A stretch of DNA of 64,000 nt from Octopus vulgaris (taxonomy: Eukaryota). The DNA lies in the NCBI GenBank assembly GCA_951406725.2, contig OX597834.1, positions 37,510,001 to 37,574,000 on the forward strand, in the 5' to 3' direction. Positions 26,251-38,660 of this stretch are shown one piece after another; within the stretch, counting starts at the first letter, position 1, and each line of letters opens with the position of its first letter. The notes under the pieces were generated by a model. That model searched no databases. It saw only the letters and a list, made by a program, of their open reading frames with translations, and was not told where the DNA came from. A program made the position numbers and the translations under genes.

Positions 26251-27025
26251 TATTAGTTAGCTGTTACGAAATCTTCAAAAGAAATTCTAATTAAATTTCC
26301 TATAATTCTAACAAACCTATCACAGTTATCTCCCTTGTTTATGCCAACCACCACTACAAAGACTTTCAACAAAAAGTCTTTTATGTAAGTGGCCACTGGC
26401 TTCTTCTTCTTCTTCTTCTTGTCATTATTATTATTATTATTGTTATTATTATTATGTCGTAGTATGGTGAGGAGGAGGAAGAAGCAGAATTGCTAGAATA
26501 TCTCAGAGATAAAATGAGCATGCTGCAATAATTTACTCATTTTAGGTGCCGTGTTCAAATTCTACCATCGTCATCATAATCATCATCATCTGCTTCCTCC
26601 TCATCATCATCGTCATTATTGTCACTGCCATCATCTTCAGTGCTAGCGATGATGATGTCATCGTTGTCACCTCATCACCACCATTATCACCATCTTTGTC
26701 ATCATCCTCATCATTACCACCATCATCATTGTTATCCTCATTTTCATCAATACCATCAGCCTCAGTGCGGGTGATATTGTCATCATCATCATCACTATTT
26801 AATGCAAGTTTTCCATGCTGGCATGGGTTGGACAGTTTGACAGGGTCTGGTGAACCACGGGGCTGCCCCTTGTCCATTCGGCTGGCAAAAATGAGTTGTA
26901 CCTGTAATTCAAAAAAGGGCCAGCCTGGTCACATTCTGTGTCACACTGAATCTCCCTAAGAGCTATATTAAGGGTACATTAAGGGTATATGTTATATGTG
27001 GAGTACTCAGCCACTTGCATGTTAA

Positions 27026-27154
27026 CCTTTAGCACACTTAAGCACATCATGGCACTGTACAAGTTTTCTCCCTTGTAACTGCAGGCACATTGTGTTGCAT
27101 TGAGAGGGGAGAAAACCCATACAGTAACATGATGCAACTACAGCATGCTAAAGG
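27026..27154. mobile_element. piggyBac-type fold-back MITE inserted at TTAA inside a family D SINE
   Basis: TTAA-CCTTTAGCA...TGCTAAAGG-TCAA. It splits ccacttgcatgTTAAtttcatgagcag, which is contiguous at about 14940. Confidence 0.82.
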
Positions 27155-27430
27155 TCAATTTCATGAGCAGACAGCTGTGTTGATTAGATCAACAAGAACC
27201 CTTACCATCACAGCCAATGATGTATTTGAAACATTGTCATCATTACTTTAACATCAGTTTATCCATTCTTGCATACAGCAAATGCAATTTGCTGAGATAG
27301 AAATTTCTATGGCCAGATGCTCTTCCTGTCACCAACCTTCAGTTATACATCCAAGCAACTGAAGGCGGTGAGCTGGCAGAAACATTAGCGCGCCAGGCGA
27401 AATGCTTAGTGGTATTTTATTTGCAATGAC

Positions 27431-27505
27431 GATCGTACTGAAGAGCTACAGACAATTACGTAAGTAATTTTGCGCAAGTGTTAATAGTGAAATTAGTCTA
27501 TAATT
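27431..27505 (+). ncRNA. Type I hammerhead motif, decayed (family H3)
   Basis: gatcgta-CTGAAGA-GCTA...TAGT-GAAA-TTA-GTC-tataatt. Downstream sequence is homologous to the 57610-57690 element. Confidence 0.65.
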
Positions 27506-27604
27506 AATCTATATTTTGTTTCTTTTCATTTGTCTTGCTCGCTTACGTTCTAGTGTTTGCTAAATTTTCTTGAGAACATTCCTTTCTTAGTGTATGTATG
27601 TATG

Positions 27605-27636
<32 letters not shown>

Positions 27637-28379
27637 AGATAAATTAAATATAGAAATATTCTATTGACAATCCGATAATTTATTTATATTACAATATTAC
27701 ATTAAATACTATGAATATAATATATAACGTAATATAATATTATATAAATAATTATAAAACCATAGAAAGCCAACAAATTATTTTGACTTATACGTTTTAT
27801 TGAATTATACCAATATTTATATGGCATCCAACTGAAGTACCAGTGAAGTGGATGTTTAACACCCCTCTGAAGGATATATTTTCCTCCATTTGTGACTTTA
27901 TATATATATATGTATAAATATATATATATATATATATGTATGTATATATGTATGTATATGTATATATGTATGTATATGTATATATGTATGTATATGTATA
28001 TATATATATACTCATACATACATATATACATACATACCTATAATTGAATAAAATAGAGTTAACAAGGTGTACATTTTGGCAGCTATTTAATAAACACTAC
28101 ACATGTTTTGATACAACACAGATGCACATATACACAGGATTTAAATTAAGAATCAGTTTACCTGTATATATATGTATATCCCCCCTCCTCTTCTCCCCTT
28201 TCTTTCTCCCCCTCCCCTCTCCCCCCTCTTCCCTCATCTCCTCTCTCTACACTACACCATACGACTTTACACATCACATCATATATACATACACACGTCC
28301 AGACCTCTCATACGCACTAATACTCTCCCATACACACACACACACACACTCTTCTCATACACACACACACACACTCTTA

Positions 28380-28710
28380 TGTTGGAGCGAGGTCATTCAA
28401 CCCTATTATCTCCCCTAATTTCGCTCTTGCATCTTATGTTTGATCTTTGACTTCTGGCCGAAATCAGATCGCCATGTTGATTTGCTAGCCTCTGCACGCA
28501 TATTTTTTTTCTCTCCTTCTTTCTGTGTATTTTCTCTGTGTATCTTTCTGTTGAAGAGCGTAGGCTCGAAACATTAAAGACTTGTTTTATTTATATTTCC
28601 TGAGCACCATACTAATACAATTGTTTGTTTGTATTCCACCTGCCTTCGTCTTTTGTTTATTTCCGTAAACATGCCTTCGTCTTTTGTCTATTTTCATAAA
28701 GCTTCCCGTT
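28380..28710 (+). mobile_element. Penelope-like pseudo-LTR fragment (family H1) ending in (TA)n; hammerhead-like motif at 28543-28580
   Basis: tcttt-CTGTTGA-A-GAGC-gtag-GCTC-GAAA-C-ATT-aaaga, followed by a conserved cctgagc...taatac block. Confidence 0.65.
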
Positions 28711-29387
28711 ATATATATACATATATATATGTGTGTGTGTGTGTGCGTGTGTGTACACACATATATCTGTATTTTTGTGGAATATGGATGTACGTATCAA
28801 AATTATGTATAACAAGGATCTCTGTATTTCATCTGAGACTAAAGACCTGCATCTGGAAAATTCTTTGCTAACTCTATATTGCAGTCTTAAGTTTACACCT
28901 TATGGAAGACCAGCCATTACTTATGCAGGCAAGTCTCTGGTCTCCATATCACCTGTGCTATCCAAGAGGAAGGCATGCTTATTACACCTCAATACCTTTG
29001 TCATTGCACTCATTGATTTAAAAACACAAATAGCCAGGAGACACAGCAAAGGGCAATACCGATAGATACGTGACCAATCTATCAGTCGAGGATAGTCATG
29101 TTATTGGCTTTGAAGGAATGAAAGGCACAGCAGGCCTTGGTGGTGTTTGAGCTCAGAAGGCAGAGAACTGCAATAAAGGTCACATGGCAATTTATCCCTT
29201 ATTCTTTCTCTCTCTTTCTCTCTCTCTACATGTACACACACATACACACACACATTATCTCTCTGTCTATCTGTCAATCTATTCATCTATCAATCTGTAT
29301 ACCTCCTCTTATTCTCTCTGAATGAGTATGTATATACATTCATGCACACACACACACACACATTAAATACACATACATATATGTGGG

Positions 29388-29418
<31 letters not shown>

Positions 29419-30019
29419 ATGTATGTATATATATGTATGTACGTATATATACATATGTATGTGTGTATATATATGTGTGTGCATACATACATGTGTTATG
29501 TATGTGTGTATATGTGTATGTCTATATACAGCCATATATATACAGACACACACATACATACATACATACAAATATATATATACACACAGGCACACACATG
29601 TATATAAATGCATACACACATACATAGAGACACATATATCCACATACATATATATACATATGTATATTTACCTACATAAGTACATGCACACACACACACA
29701 CACACATACAATGCATGCTCTCACAAACACACACATATACAGATACTCACACAATCGACATCTCCCCCCTCTCTCATCCACCTCCTCCCGAACCTCGCCC
29801 CACCACCACCACGTTCCAGAATTCTCCGTTGGACATTCTACAGTGAAGTCAGCTGAAACCAATCACATAAGAGAAAGCCTTTCATTGATTCCTGCAGCTT
29901 TGAGCAGTTTACCAATGGAATATAGGCAGAGATCACCCGCTGGGTGGGTCGGCCCCACAATTAACCTACCACAAATGCCACTAGTGCTATCGGCCGAGGC
30001 GCCCTCCATCTCCTCGCTT

Positions 30020-30860
30020 CCACCACCATCACAACAAGCAGTGCCACCGTGTCATCATCACCATCACAACCACCAATGCTAACGCTACCGCCATCGCTGC
30101 CACCGATGCCAGTACTGTCATTGCCACTAGCATCACCACCACCACCACCACCATCATCATCACCATCATCATCATCAGCACTACCACCATCAGCACCACC
30201 ACCACCACCACCATCATCATCACCACCACCATCATCATCACCACCACCATCATCATCACCACCACCATCATCAGCAGCAGCACTACCACCAATCAACACC
30301 ACCATCATCATCACCGACACTACAACTACCATTATCGCCACCACCACCAACACTACCATCAACACCACCACCTTCATCATAACGACCACCACAACTACCA
30401 CCACCATGAGCATCCTCACCACAACCACCAACAACACCACCACCACCACCACCAGCATCACATCAATTGCTACTAACACCACCAACACCACCTCCACATC
30501 CAACACCACCAACACCATCACAAGTGCCGACACCAACCACTGACACCACTGCCATCATCATCATCATCATCATCGTAATCACTATCATTACCAGTGCCAT
30601 TCCAACCCTTGCTACTTCTTCCTCACCAACGCAATCACCATCACCACCACCACCACAATCATCATCTTAACTATCAACACCACCACCTTCACAACTACCA
30701 TCATCAATGCCATGACCCCAACATCATTATCACCACGACAATCATTATCATCATCATCATCATCATCACAACCATCACCACATTTGTAACCACCACCACT
30801 ACCACCACCACCACCACCACCACCACCGCTGTCCTCATCACTGCATTAGCATCACAACAT
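30020..30860. repeat. (CAC/CAT)n degenerate tract
   Basis: Direct inspection. Confidence 0.9.
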
Positions 30861-31531
30861 CATCTCCACAGTCCATGCAGTACATTCAGAGATCTAAGGT
30901 GTGAAGCATTGACTTAGAAGAAAAGGTTGAGTGGTCACCATGGCTGAATGGTCAAGCTAACACCACACCACCCCTTCTCATCCACCCTCTCCTTTGCTCA
31001 ATACATACACACACACACACATACACTCACATATATTTATATACATAAATACATGCAACACTCTCTCTCTCTCTGTATATACTCACACATGCACACAGAT
31101 GTATATATATATATATATACACACACATACACACACACCCATATATATACATTCACGTGTAAATATGCATGTGTGTACATGTGTATACATTATTCTGTAA
31201 TGTGTGTGTGTATGCATATATTTGAACGTATATGTATATACATCTATATATATGTATGTGTGTGTATGTATGTATATTCATATACATACATATATATGTA
31301 TTTGTACACGCACACATATATATATATATATATACATACATACATATATACATACATGTATATATATATATATACATACTTACATATATATATATAGACA
31401 TACATACGTATATATAGACATACATTCATAAATATAGACATACATATATAAAGACATACATACATATACATATATTTATATATATATAACGTACATGTAT
31501 ATATGTATATATCTATATGTATCATATATAT

Positions 31532-31568
<37 letters not shown>

Positions 31569-31763
31569 TGTGTGGATGTATATAGCAGGTTTAATGACAG
31601 CTTTCCTCTGATGTATTCACACACAAGATATAGGTTAATGCAAGGCTTATAGCATAAGGCACTCACTCAGAAGACGGTGAAATGGGACCAATTCTGGAAG
31701 CACATACTAGCAGAATGAACTTCTTAACCACAGTCAGGTATGCCTCCGCTCAACTGCATATCT

Positions 31764-31932
31764 GCAGGTATGGCTGTGTGGTAAGAAGCTTGCTTTCCAA
31801 CCACATGGTTCTGGGTTCGGTCTCACTGTGTGGCACTTTGGGCAAGTATCTTCTACTAAAGCCTCGGGCTGATCAAAACCTTGTGAGTGGATTTGGTAGA
31901 TGGAAACTGAAAAACGCCTGTTATATATACAC

Positions 31933-31978
<46 letters not shown>

Positions 31979-32157
31979 GTTTGTGTGTCTGTGTTTGTCC
32001 TCCCATGATCTATTCACAACTGATGTTGGTCTGTTTATGTCCCCTGTAACTCAGTGGTTCAACAAACAACATCTGATAGAATAAGTACCAGGCTTACAAA
32101 AATGTTGCTCCAGCATGGCTGCAGTCAATTGACTGAAACAAGTAAAAGAATAAAAGG
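31764..32157 (+). mobile_element. Near full-length tRNA-headed SINE family B with internal (TA)n
   Basis: A-box-like tggctgtgtggt and B-box-like ggttcggtctc, then the body and the 3' end gactgaaacaagtaaaagaataaaag. Confidence 0.85.
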
Positions 32158-32164
32158 ATATATA

Positions 32165-33439
32165 TTGGGTCATCCCATAAATAATGCGGTTTTTCTTCAA
32201 TTGCATGAACTAAAAGTCGGAGGGGAATGGAATAAACTACCTGCATCAACTTGCTATAAAAGCAGGTAGTAATTTTACCTTGTCCTTATTCTTAGTGCAA
32301 GTTTTGAAGAGTGCATTTGATTTTAACAGTTATTATTCCAAAGCTATAATGGAAGTGACAAAGGAGCATATTCAGCATATTTTGCTTTATGAGTTCAATA
32401 AAGGCAACAAAGCTATGGAAATTGTGGGGAATATTAACGCTGTATATGGGGATCAGACGAGTGTAAGACAGTGTCAACGGAAGATCAAGAAATTCTGAGC
32501 TAGAAACTACAGCCTGGAAAATCTGTAGAGCTTGAGGACATCCTGCAAACCTTGGTGGAGCGAAATCCCATTGTAAATGTTGAGGAACTAGCAAAGAAGC
32601 TTGGATTTGGTCATTCAACCATTCATCGACACTTGTGTGCCATCGGAAAAGTCAGCAAATTGGGTCAATGGGTTCTTCGCAAACTTTCCAAATCTAATCA
32701 CATGCAGAGAGTGAATGTGTGCTCTTCTTGGCTGTCATGTCTCACGAATGAACCCTTTTTGGACCGAATAATGATTGGTGATGAGAAATGGGTTCTCTAT
32801 AAAAATGTCAAGCACCGAAGACAGTGGGTAGCAAAAGGAGAAACACCGGCACTCCAGGCAAAAGAAGGTCTTTACCCATGTAAGATACTGTTATCTGTTT
32901 GGTGGGATATGAAAGGTTTGGTAAACTTTAAAACCCTTTTGAACTTTTAAACCCAAACCAAACAATAACAAAGGAGAGCTACTGTGAGCAGCTTGAGTGG
33001 CTTAAGTCAGCGCTAGAAGGAAAATGACTATCTTTGGTTACAAGACGAAAGGTGGTCTTCCATTAGGATAATGCTTGGCCATATACATTCGAAGATGATA
33101 TTCCAAAGGCTGGAGCAATTTGAATGGCAAATGATGCCCCACCCACCATATTCTCCGGACATTGACCTATCTCATTATCATTTATTCCGCAGTCTTCAAA
33201 ATCATTTTGACAGAAAAAATACGAGTTCTGTAGACGAGGTCAGAACAGTACCGGAGGAGTATTTTTCATAATAGACAAGTGAATTTTGGAAGAGGGGGCC
33301 ATACAAGTCTACCAGATAGATTGAAGAGCATTGTAGAAAATGAAAGAGAGTATATTTTAGATTAAAAAAAGAACTTTGTTTATCTTAATTTCGAAAGATA
33401 AAAGTAGTATAAAAAAACCGCATTATTTGTGGGATGATG

Positions 33440-33442
<3 letters not shown>
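32165..33442 (+). mobile_element. Full-length degenerate mariner transposon (about 1.28 kb)
   Basis: TA-flanked TIRs ttgggtcatcccataaataatgcggttttt and aaaaaccgcattatttgtgggatgatgcta. Confidence 0.95.
32349..33365 (+). pseudogene. Mariner DD34D transposase pseudogene (stops and frameshifts)
   Basis: MEVTKEHIQHILLYEF..., WVLRKL (WVPHEL motif), IMIGDEKWVLY, LLSVWWD, DNA and HPPYSPDI..SHYHLFRSL, spread over several frames. Confidence 0.95.
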
Positions 33443-33471
<29 letters not shown>

Positions 33472-33690
33472 TCATCATCATCATCATCATATATATATAT
33501 TTATACCATCATCGTTTAATGTACATTTTTCTTGCTGGCATAAATATATATATATAATACAAGTATATAAGTGTGAGTGGGTGTATTTATGTTTTCCTGC
33601 ATAGATATATATATAGAAATAGTCAGACAATAAATCGAAGGATCATTCAATAATTTTATGTGGAGAATCAAATATATTTTTAGATATTTT

Positions 33691-34031
33691 CCTATTATCG
33701 ACAGCCAATTTCGTTTATTTACTAAAGCCAGGTCAATAAACTATTACACTTGCGAGATGAATGTAATTGTTGATCGGTGGACTTTCAGAAAAGCTATCGC
33801 TATTTCATGGAAGAAAGGACTGGTATTTATCAGAATTTACCAGAAACAGGGCCACAGAATCGGGGAGCAAAAGATATATAATTAAATGGTTTTGGCAAAA
33901 AATTCTTGCCCTTTTCCCACACCATGGCGTTTTGATAGCTATTCTGAAAGTTTCCTGATCAATTATTACACCTGTTTTACGAATGTGATAAGAAAAAGAA
34001 ATAAAAATATAAATTGGCTGTCGATAATGGG
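33691..34031. repeat. Diverged inverted repeat (arms about 100 bp, spacer about 135 bp) next to (TA)n
   Basis: cctattatcgacagccaattt...actttcagaaaagctatc versus gatagctattctgaaagt...aaattggctgtcgataatggg. Confidence 0.75.
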
Positions 34032-34077
34032 ACGGGAAAAGGAAAAGTTGGCAGTGACTTCAAAGTGTCAGTTTAGC

Positions 34078-34402
34078 TGAAGGTGTGTGGTTAAGTGGTT
34101 AAGGCGTTCGGTTTATGATTGTAAGGTCGTCAGTTCAATTCCCAGTGGCATGTTGAGTCCTTCAGCAAAACACTTTATTTCGCGTTGTTCCAGTCCATTC
34201 AACTGGTAAAAGTGAATAGTACCAGTAATACAAAGGGGCTGGCCTTGTCGCATTCTGTGTCATGTTGAATCTCCCTGAGAATGACGTCATGGGTACGTGT
34301 GTCTGTGGAGTACTCAGCCACTTGCACATTAATTTCATGAGCAGGCTCTTCCATTGATTGGATCAACTGTAACACTCGTCATCATAATAGACGGAGTTCC
34401 AG
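34078..34402 (+). mobile_element. tRNA-headed SINE family D
   Basis: Head ggttaagtggttaaggcg...agttcaattccc; body tgaatctccctgaga...tcagccacttgcac...gatcaactg is shared with 44022. Confidence 0.8.
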
Positions 34403-34588
34403 TTGTCTTTGTTTGGTTTTCTGTGGTATTGTGAATGTTTTCCTTGCAAAATTAATACACACACACACACACACACACACACAGAACAAATTTTGACCAG
34501 CAGAGTATAACAGCTTGATAGATCCTGTGACATATATATACATATATATGTATATACATATATATATGTGTATATATATATATATATC

Positions 34589-34629
<41 letters not shown>

Positions 34630-34632
34630 ATA

Positions 34633-34663
<31 letters not shown>

Positions 34664-34857
34664 TACACACACAAGGTCAACAGTATACAGTCTGACCCAC
34701 ACAAGCTTCGGAGAATGGACATTACAAGAATGATGATCATAAATATACTATTTATCCAATAACAGTTTGATTCAACTCCATAATTTCATAGGCTCATCAT
34801 ACAAAATATACACATATACTCTCTCTCTTTCTCTCTCTCTCTCTCTTTATATATATG

Positions 34858-35008
34858 TAATAATAATAATGTTCGTCCTTCGGGTTCGAAGATGACCATT
34901 GACATCATTTGGTGGAATTGCTGCTATGAGACCGGAGGTGGCTGGTGAAGCCAATCCGGGCAAGGAAGCCCCTCCCACAGGTGGGGCAGAAGTGGGTAGG
35001 GGCTGTGC
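34858..35008 (-). mobile_element. RTE-clade LINE extreme 3' end with C2H2 knuckle and (ATT)n tail
   Basis: Minus-strand translation TAPTHFCPTCGRGFLARIGFTSHLRSHSSNSTK*, then the 3' UTR tggtcatcttcgaacccgaaggacgaac-attattatt. Confidence 0.82.
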
Positions 35009-35339
35009 TATTTATGTATACACGCACACACACACATACACACACACACACACATACACACAATCAGTCAATAAATGGCCCTCAAAATGGTTATCTACCC
35101 TGCTTGAAATAGCAGCCATGCCTTCCCTCTAATCACGTCCTGCTACATTAAAAAAAAACTGAAGTTCTTTCAGGACCTATAGAAAGATCACACAACTTGA
35201 TTAAAGATCAGCTGGTTCAGGGCTGACCTGGGGTTAAAAAACGAGGACAACAACAACAACAACAACAATCATACACAGTTTTGTCTGTCATTATGGATGT
35301 CGTCTGTTCTTGGTTGTTTAATTGGTGGATCATTAATTA

Positions 35340-35516
35340 TGTAAATGATGGCAGCGATGATATTGATGATGAGAATTATGTCGATGATCATATTGACGAT
35401 GCGAAGGAGAAGGAAGAGGAGACAGATTAGAGCAGGGGGTGCTGATGTTTATGTAGGCAGATGATGACGATATTGATGATGATTATGATGATCATGACGA
35501 TGATGACGATGATGAA

Positions 35517-35550
<34 letters not shown>

Positions 35551-36160
35551 GTGATGAGCATGATGCTGGTGATATTGCTGATGATGATGATGATGACAAT
35601 AATAATGGTGACAATGATACCAATGGTATTGAGGATGCTAGAGATGATGAAGGTGATGATGATGTCAATAACAATGATGATGATGATGATGATAATGAAG
35701 ATGAAGACAACAGTGATGATGATGATGATGATGTCAGGAATTGGTGATAGAGATGACAATGGCAATGACAATGAGGATGATGAGATGACAAAAGTAGTGG
35801 TGGTGATGTGAATGACAATGATGATGATGCTGCCAAAAATGATGACAATGATAATGTTAATGACGATGATAATGATGATGATTTTGACAATAATGATGAT
35901 GATGTCAATGAGGATGATGATAACAAAAATGATGATGACGATGATGATGATGATGACGATGATGATGATGAAAGTGGTGGTGATGATGATGATGATGATG
36001 ACAAAAATCATGGTGATGATGATGATAACGAAAGTGATGATGATGATGATGATGATGACAAAAGTCATGGTGATGATGATGATAACAAAAGTGATGATGA
36101 TGATGACGAAAATAATGGTGATGACGCTGATGATGATGATGACGACAGTGATGACAAATG
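35340..36160. repeat. (GAT)n degenerate tract
   Basis: Direct inspection; source of the poly-Ile/Met/Asp/Ser ORFs. Confidence 0.95.
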
Positions 36161-36389
36161 CCAGGAAACTCCCAGTTGTCCAAAACAGGAAACTTTTATT
36201 GAAACAAATCAATTGAATTAAAGTAGATCCATCATCTGGTGAATGGGGTGGGACAGGGGGAGGAACAGGGTGGACGGTGTTTGACGAAGGGGTGGAGGCG
36301 AGGGGTGGGGGGATGGCCTGATATTTATTCACTTTAATTGATTAAATCACAGCTCTTCAAGAATACACTTAAACACACACACAACAACA

Positions 36390-36570
36390 CACATGGGTGT
36401 GTGTGCATGTGAGAGTGTGTGTGTGTGTGTGTGTGTGTGCATTTGTTTAAATATCTTTTTCCTCTCTCTCATTATATGTGTGTGTGTGTATGCGTGCCTG
36501 TGCATGTGTGAGTTTGTTTAAATGTCTTTTTTCTCTCATTCATTATATATGTATATGAGAGAGAGAGAGC

Positions 36571-36609
<39 letters not shown>

Positions 36610-36746
36610 TGTCTAAATGTGTGTGTTTGTGTGTGGGTGTGTGCAGTGGTTTAAATGTCTTTCTTTCTCTCACTCATTATATGTGCGTGTATGTGTGTTT
36701 ATGTGTGTGTGTAAGTGTGTGTGTTTGTGTATGTGTGCTTGTGTGT

Positions 36747-36786
<40 letters not shown>

Positions 36787-36890
36787 GTGTGTGTGTTTAT
36801 GTGTGTGTGTGCGTGTGTTTGTGTGTAAGTGTGTGTGTTTGTGTATGTGTGTGTGTGTAAGTGTGTATTTATGTGTGTGTGTGCAAAATA
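36390..36890. repeat. (TG)n compound tract
   Basis: Direct inspection. Confidence 0.9.
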
Positions 36891-36993
36891 TGGAGAGAAA
36901 GAAATATGCATTCCTGCCCAATAGACATAACTACATGTATTTACACACACGCATACAGAAATACACTTGTTGGCATGGAAACACACATGTATC

Positions 36994-37025
<32 letters not shown>

Positions 37026-37431
37026 TACACTTGAACAAACAGAAAAAATGAATATCCACATGCACACACACACACACACATACCTACACACACATTGACA
37101 TATATACACATTGACATATATACACATATACATATGTATATATACACACACACACATACACACAGAGGCATACAACATGTCACAGTAATACTCTGGCTGC
37201 CAGTTTGAAAGTCTGTCTTTTAATTGAAATTCAATTATGCTGTTGCTGTTGTTGTTGTTGTTGTTGTTGTCTTTGCTACTGTTTTAATCTTCAGTGCTTA
37301 TTTCTTTTCCAAATATCATCTGCATCACAATCATCATCATCATCATCACGATTATCATCATCATCATCATCACAATCATCATCACCGCGATCATCACCAT
37401 CATCATCATCATCATCATCACAATCATCATC

Positions 37432-37544
37432 ATGGTGGCTATGGTGACGGAGGTAGAGCGGTGGACGTGGCTGAAAGAACAGAAGACAGATGCTTCCCTC
37501 TTCGACCAAGTCCTCATCGGCTTTTTCAAGTTCCACTTGAAAAG
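37432..37544 (+). CDS. Candidate host-gene coding exon, product unidentified
   Basis: Non-repetitive island of higher GC with ATG in a catcATGG context. It reads MVAMVTEVERWTWLKEQKTDASLFDQVLIGFFKFHLK(R) and ends at a perfect AAG|GTAAGT donor (37545). A second frame is also open. Confidence 0.5.
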
Positions 37545-38088
37545 GTAAGTGAGAGTGTAGAGGGAATTTCTGCTTCCACCCTAGTAAATTTGTTGAAAGG
37601 TGGGTGCATGAGGGGAGGATGGCCTGTGTGAATGGGTCTACTCTAACCTTTCGTTTGTAAACCCAGAGGAGTTGAGAAGGAGAGAGGCATCTGGTAAGAT
37701 GCATCTGGCAGTTGCGATAACCAGAATGTGTGGGGTTCCTCGGTTGTCCCAATGAGGAAATCCCCCCACACACACTTTGGGGAATTTTATTATTTAATTG
37801 TATTATTAATTGTCATTGTTATTTTACTGTTTACTTGATTTTCTGTCAAACCCCACATGTCCCCAGTTTTGCATTGTCCTTATTTGTTTCGTGTTTGGCC
37901 CTTGTGACCAATAAAGAAACGATTATTATTCATCATCATCATCATCATCGTTTAGCATCCGTTTTCCATGCTAGCATGGGTTGGACAGTTCAACTGGGGT
38001 CTGTGAAGCCAGAAGGCTTCATCAGGCCTAGTCAGATCTGGCAGTGTTTCTACGGCTGGATGCCCTTCCTAACGCCAACCACTCTGTG

Positions 38089-38660
38089 ATTATTATTATT
38101 ATTATTATTATTATTGATGATGATAATTTGATTCAAGTTTGTTCTTATTCCTGGTAAAATTTATGTGGGTAGCGGGGTTACTACCTGTATCGTTTGCTGT
38201 TCACAAGCTTTCAATAGTCCTTCAAGTGCTTAAAACCCTCTTGATAATCCTTGCTGTCCCTAAGAGACAAACTTTCTGCAGATGTTCTACAGGACATTCT
38301 ATTCCAATCTCCTTCAACCATTTGTCTATGAAAGGGTGCTGAAAAGTTCCTGGCATTAAGGGTATCGCAAAAGGCCTCATTGGGGGCCCAACCTTCTGAG
38401 TTCTTTTACAGGGCCTAGGAAAACTGAAGGACCGTGACAATAAATGTATGAATCTGAGAGGGGAATATGCTCAATAAAATCATAATTAATTGACTCTCCC
38501 TACTTCCTTTTACCCAAAGCTGGGAACTTTTCAGTAACCCTTTGTCCATCTTTACTTACAGTTCCCAATATACCAATAATTATAGGTACGATTTTTGCAG
38601 TCTTCATGCACCAAATTCTTACAATTTCAGAATTCTAAAGAATTGTATTCTTTTTGTTTT
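38089..38660 (-). mobile_element. Dong/R4-like non-LTR retrotransposon 3' end (restriction-like endonuclease tail) ending in (TAA)n
   Basis: Minus-strand translation EIVRIWCMKTAKIVPIIIGILGTVSKD-[MITE]-DKWLKEIGIECPVEHLQKVCLLGTARIIKRVLST*, then a 3' UTR running into (TAA)n. Confidence 0.82.
38329..38544 (+). mobile_element. Mariner-derived MITE (about 215 bp)
   Basis: TIRs tgaaagggtgctgaaaagttcc and ggaacttttcagtaaccctttg; internal remnant KCMNLRGEY. A second copy lies at 59720. Confidence 0.85.

Noticed and set aside
35427-36332. 301-aa hydrophobic ORF resembling a membrane protein
   Set aside because: Poly-Ile from the (ATC)n strand of a trinucleotide tract; several other frames are open too.
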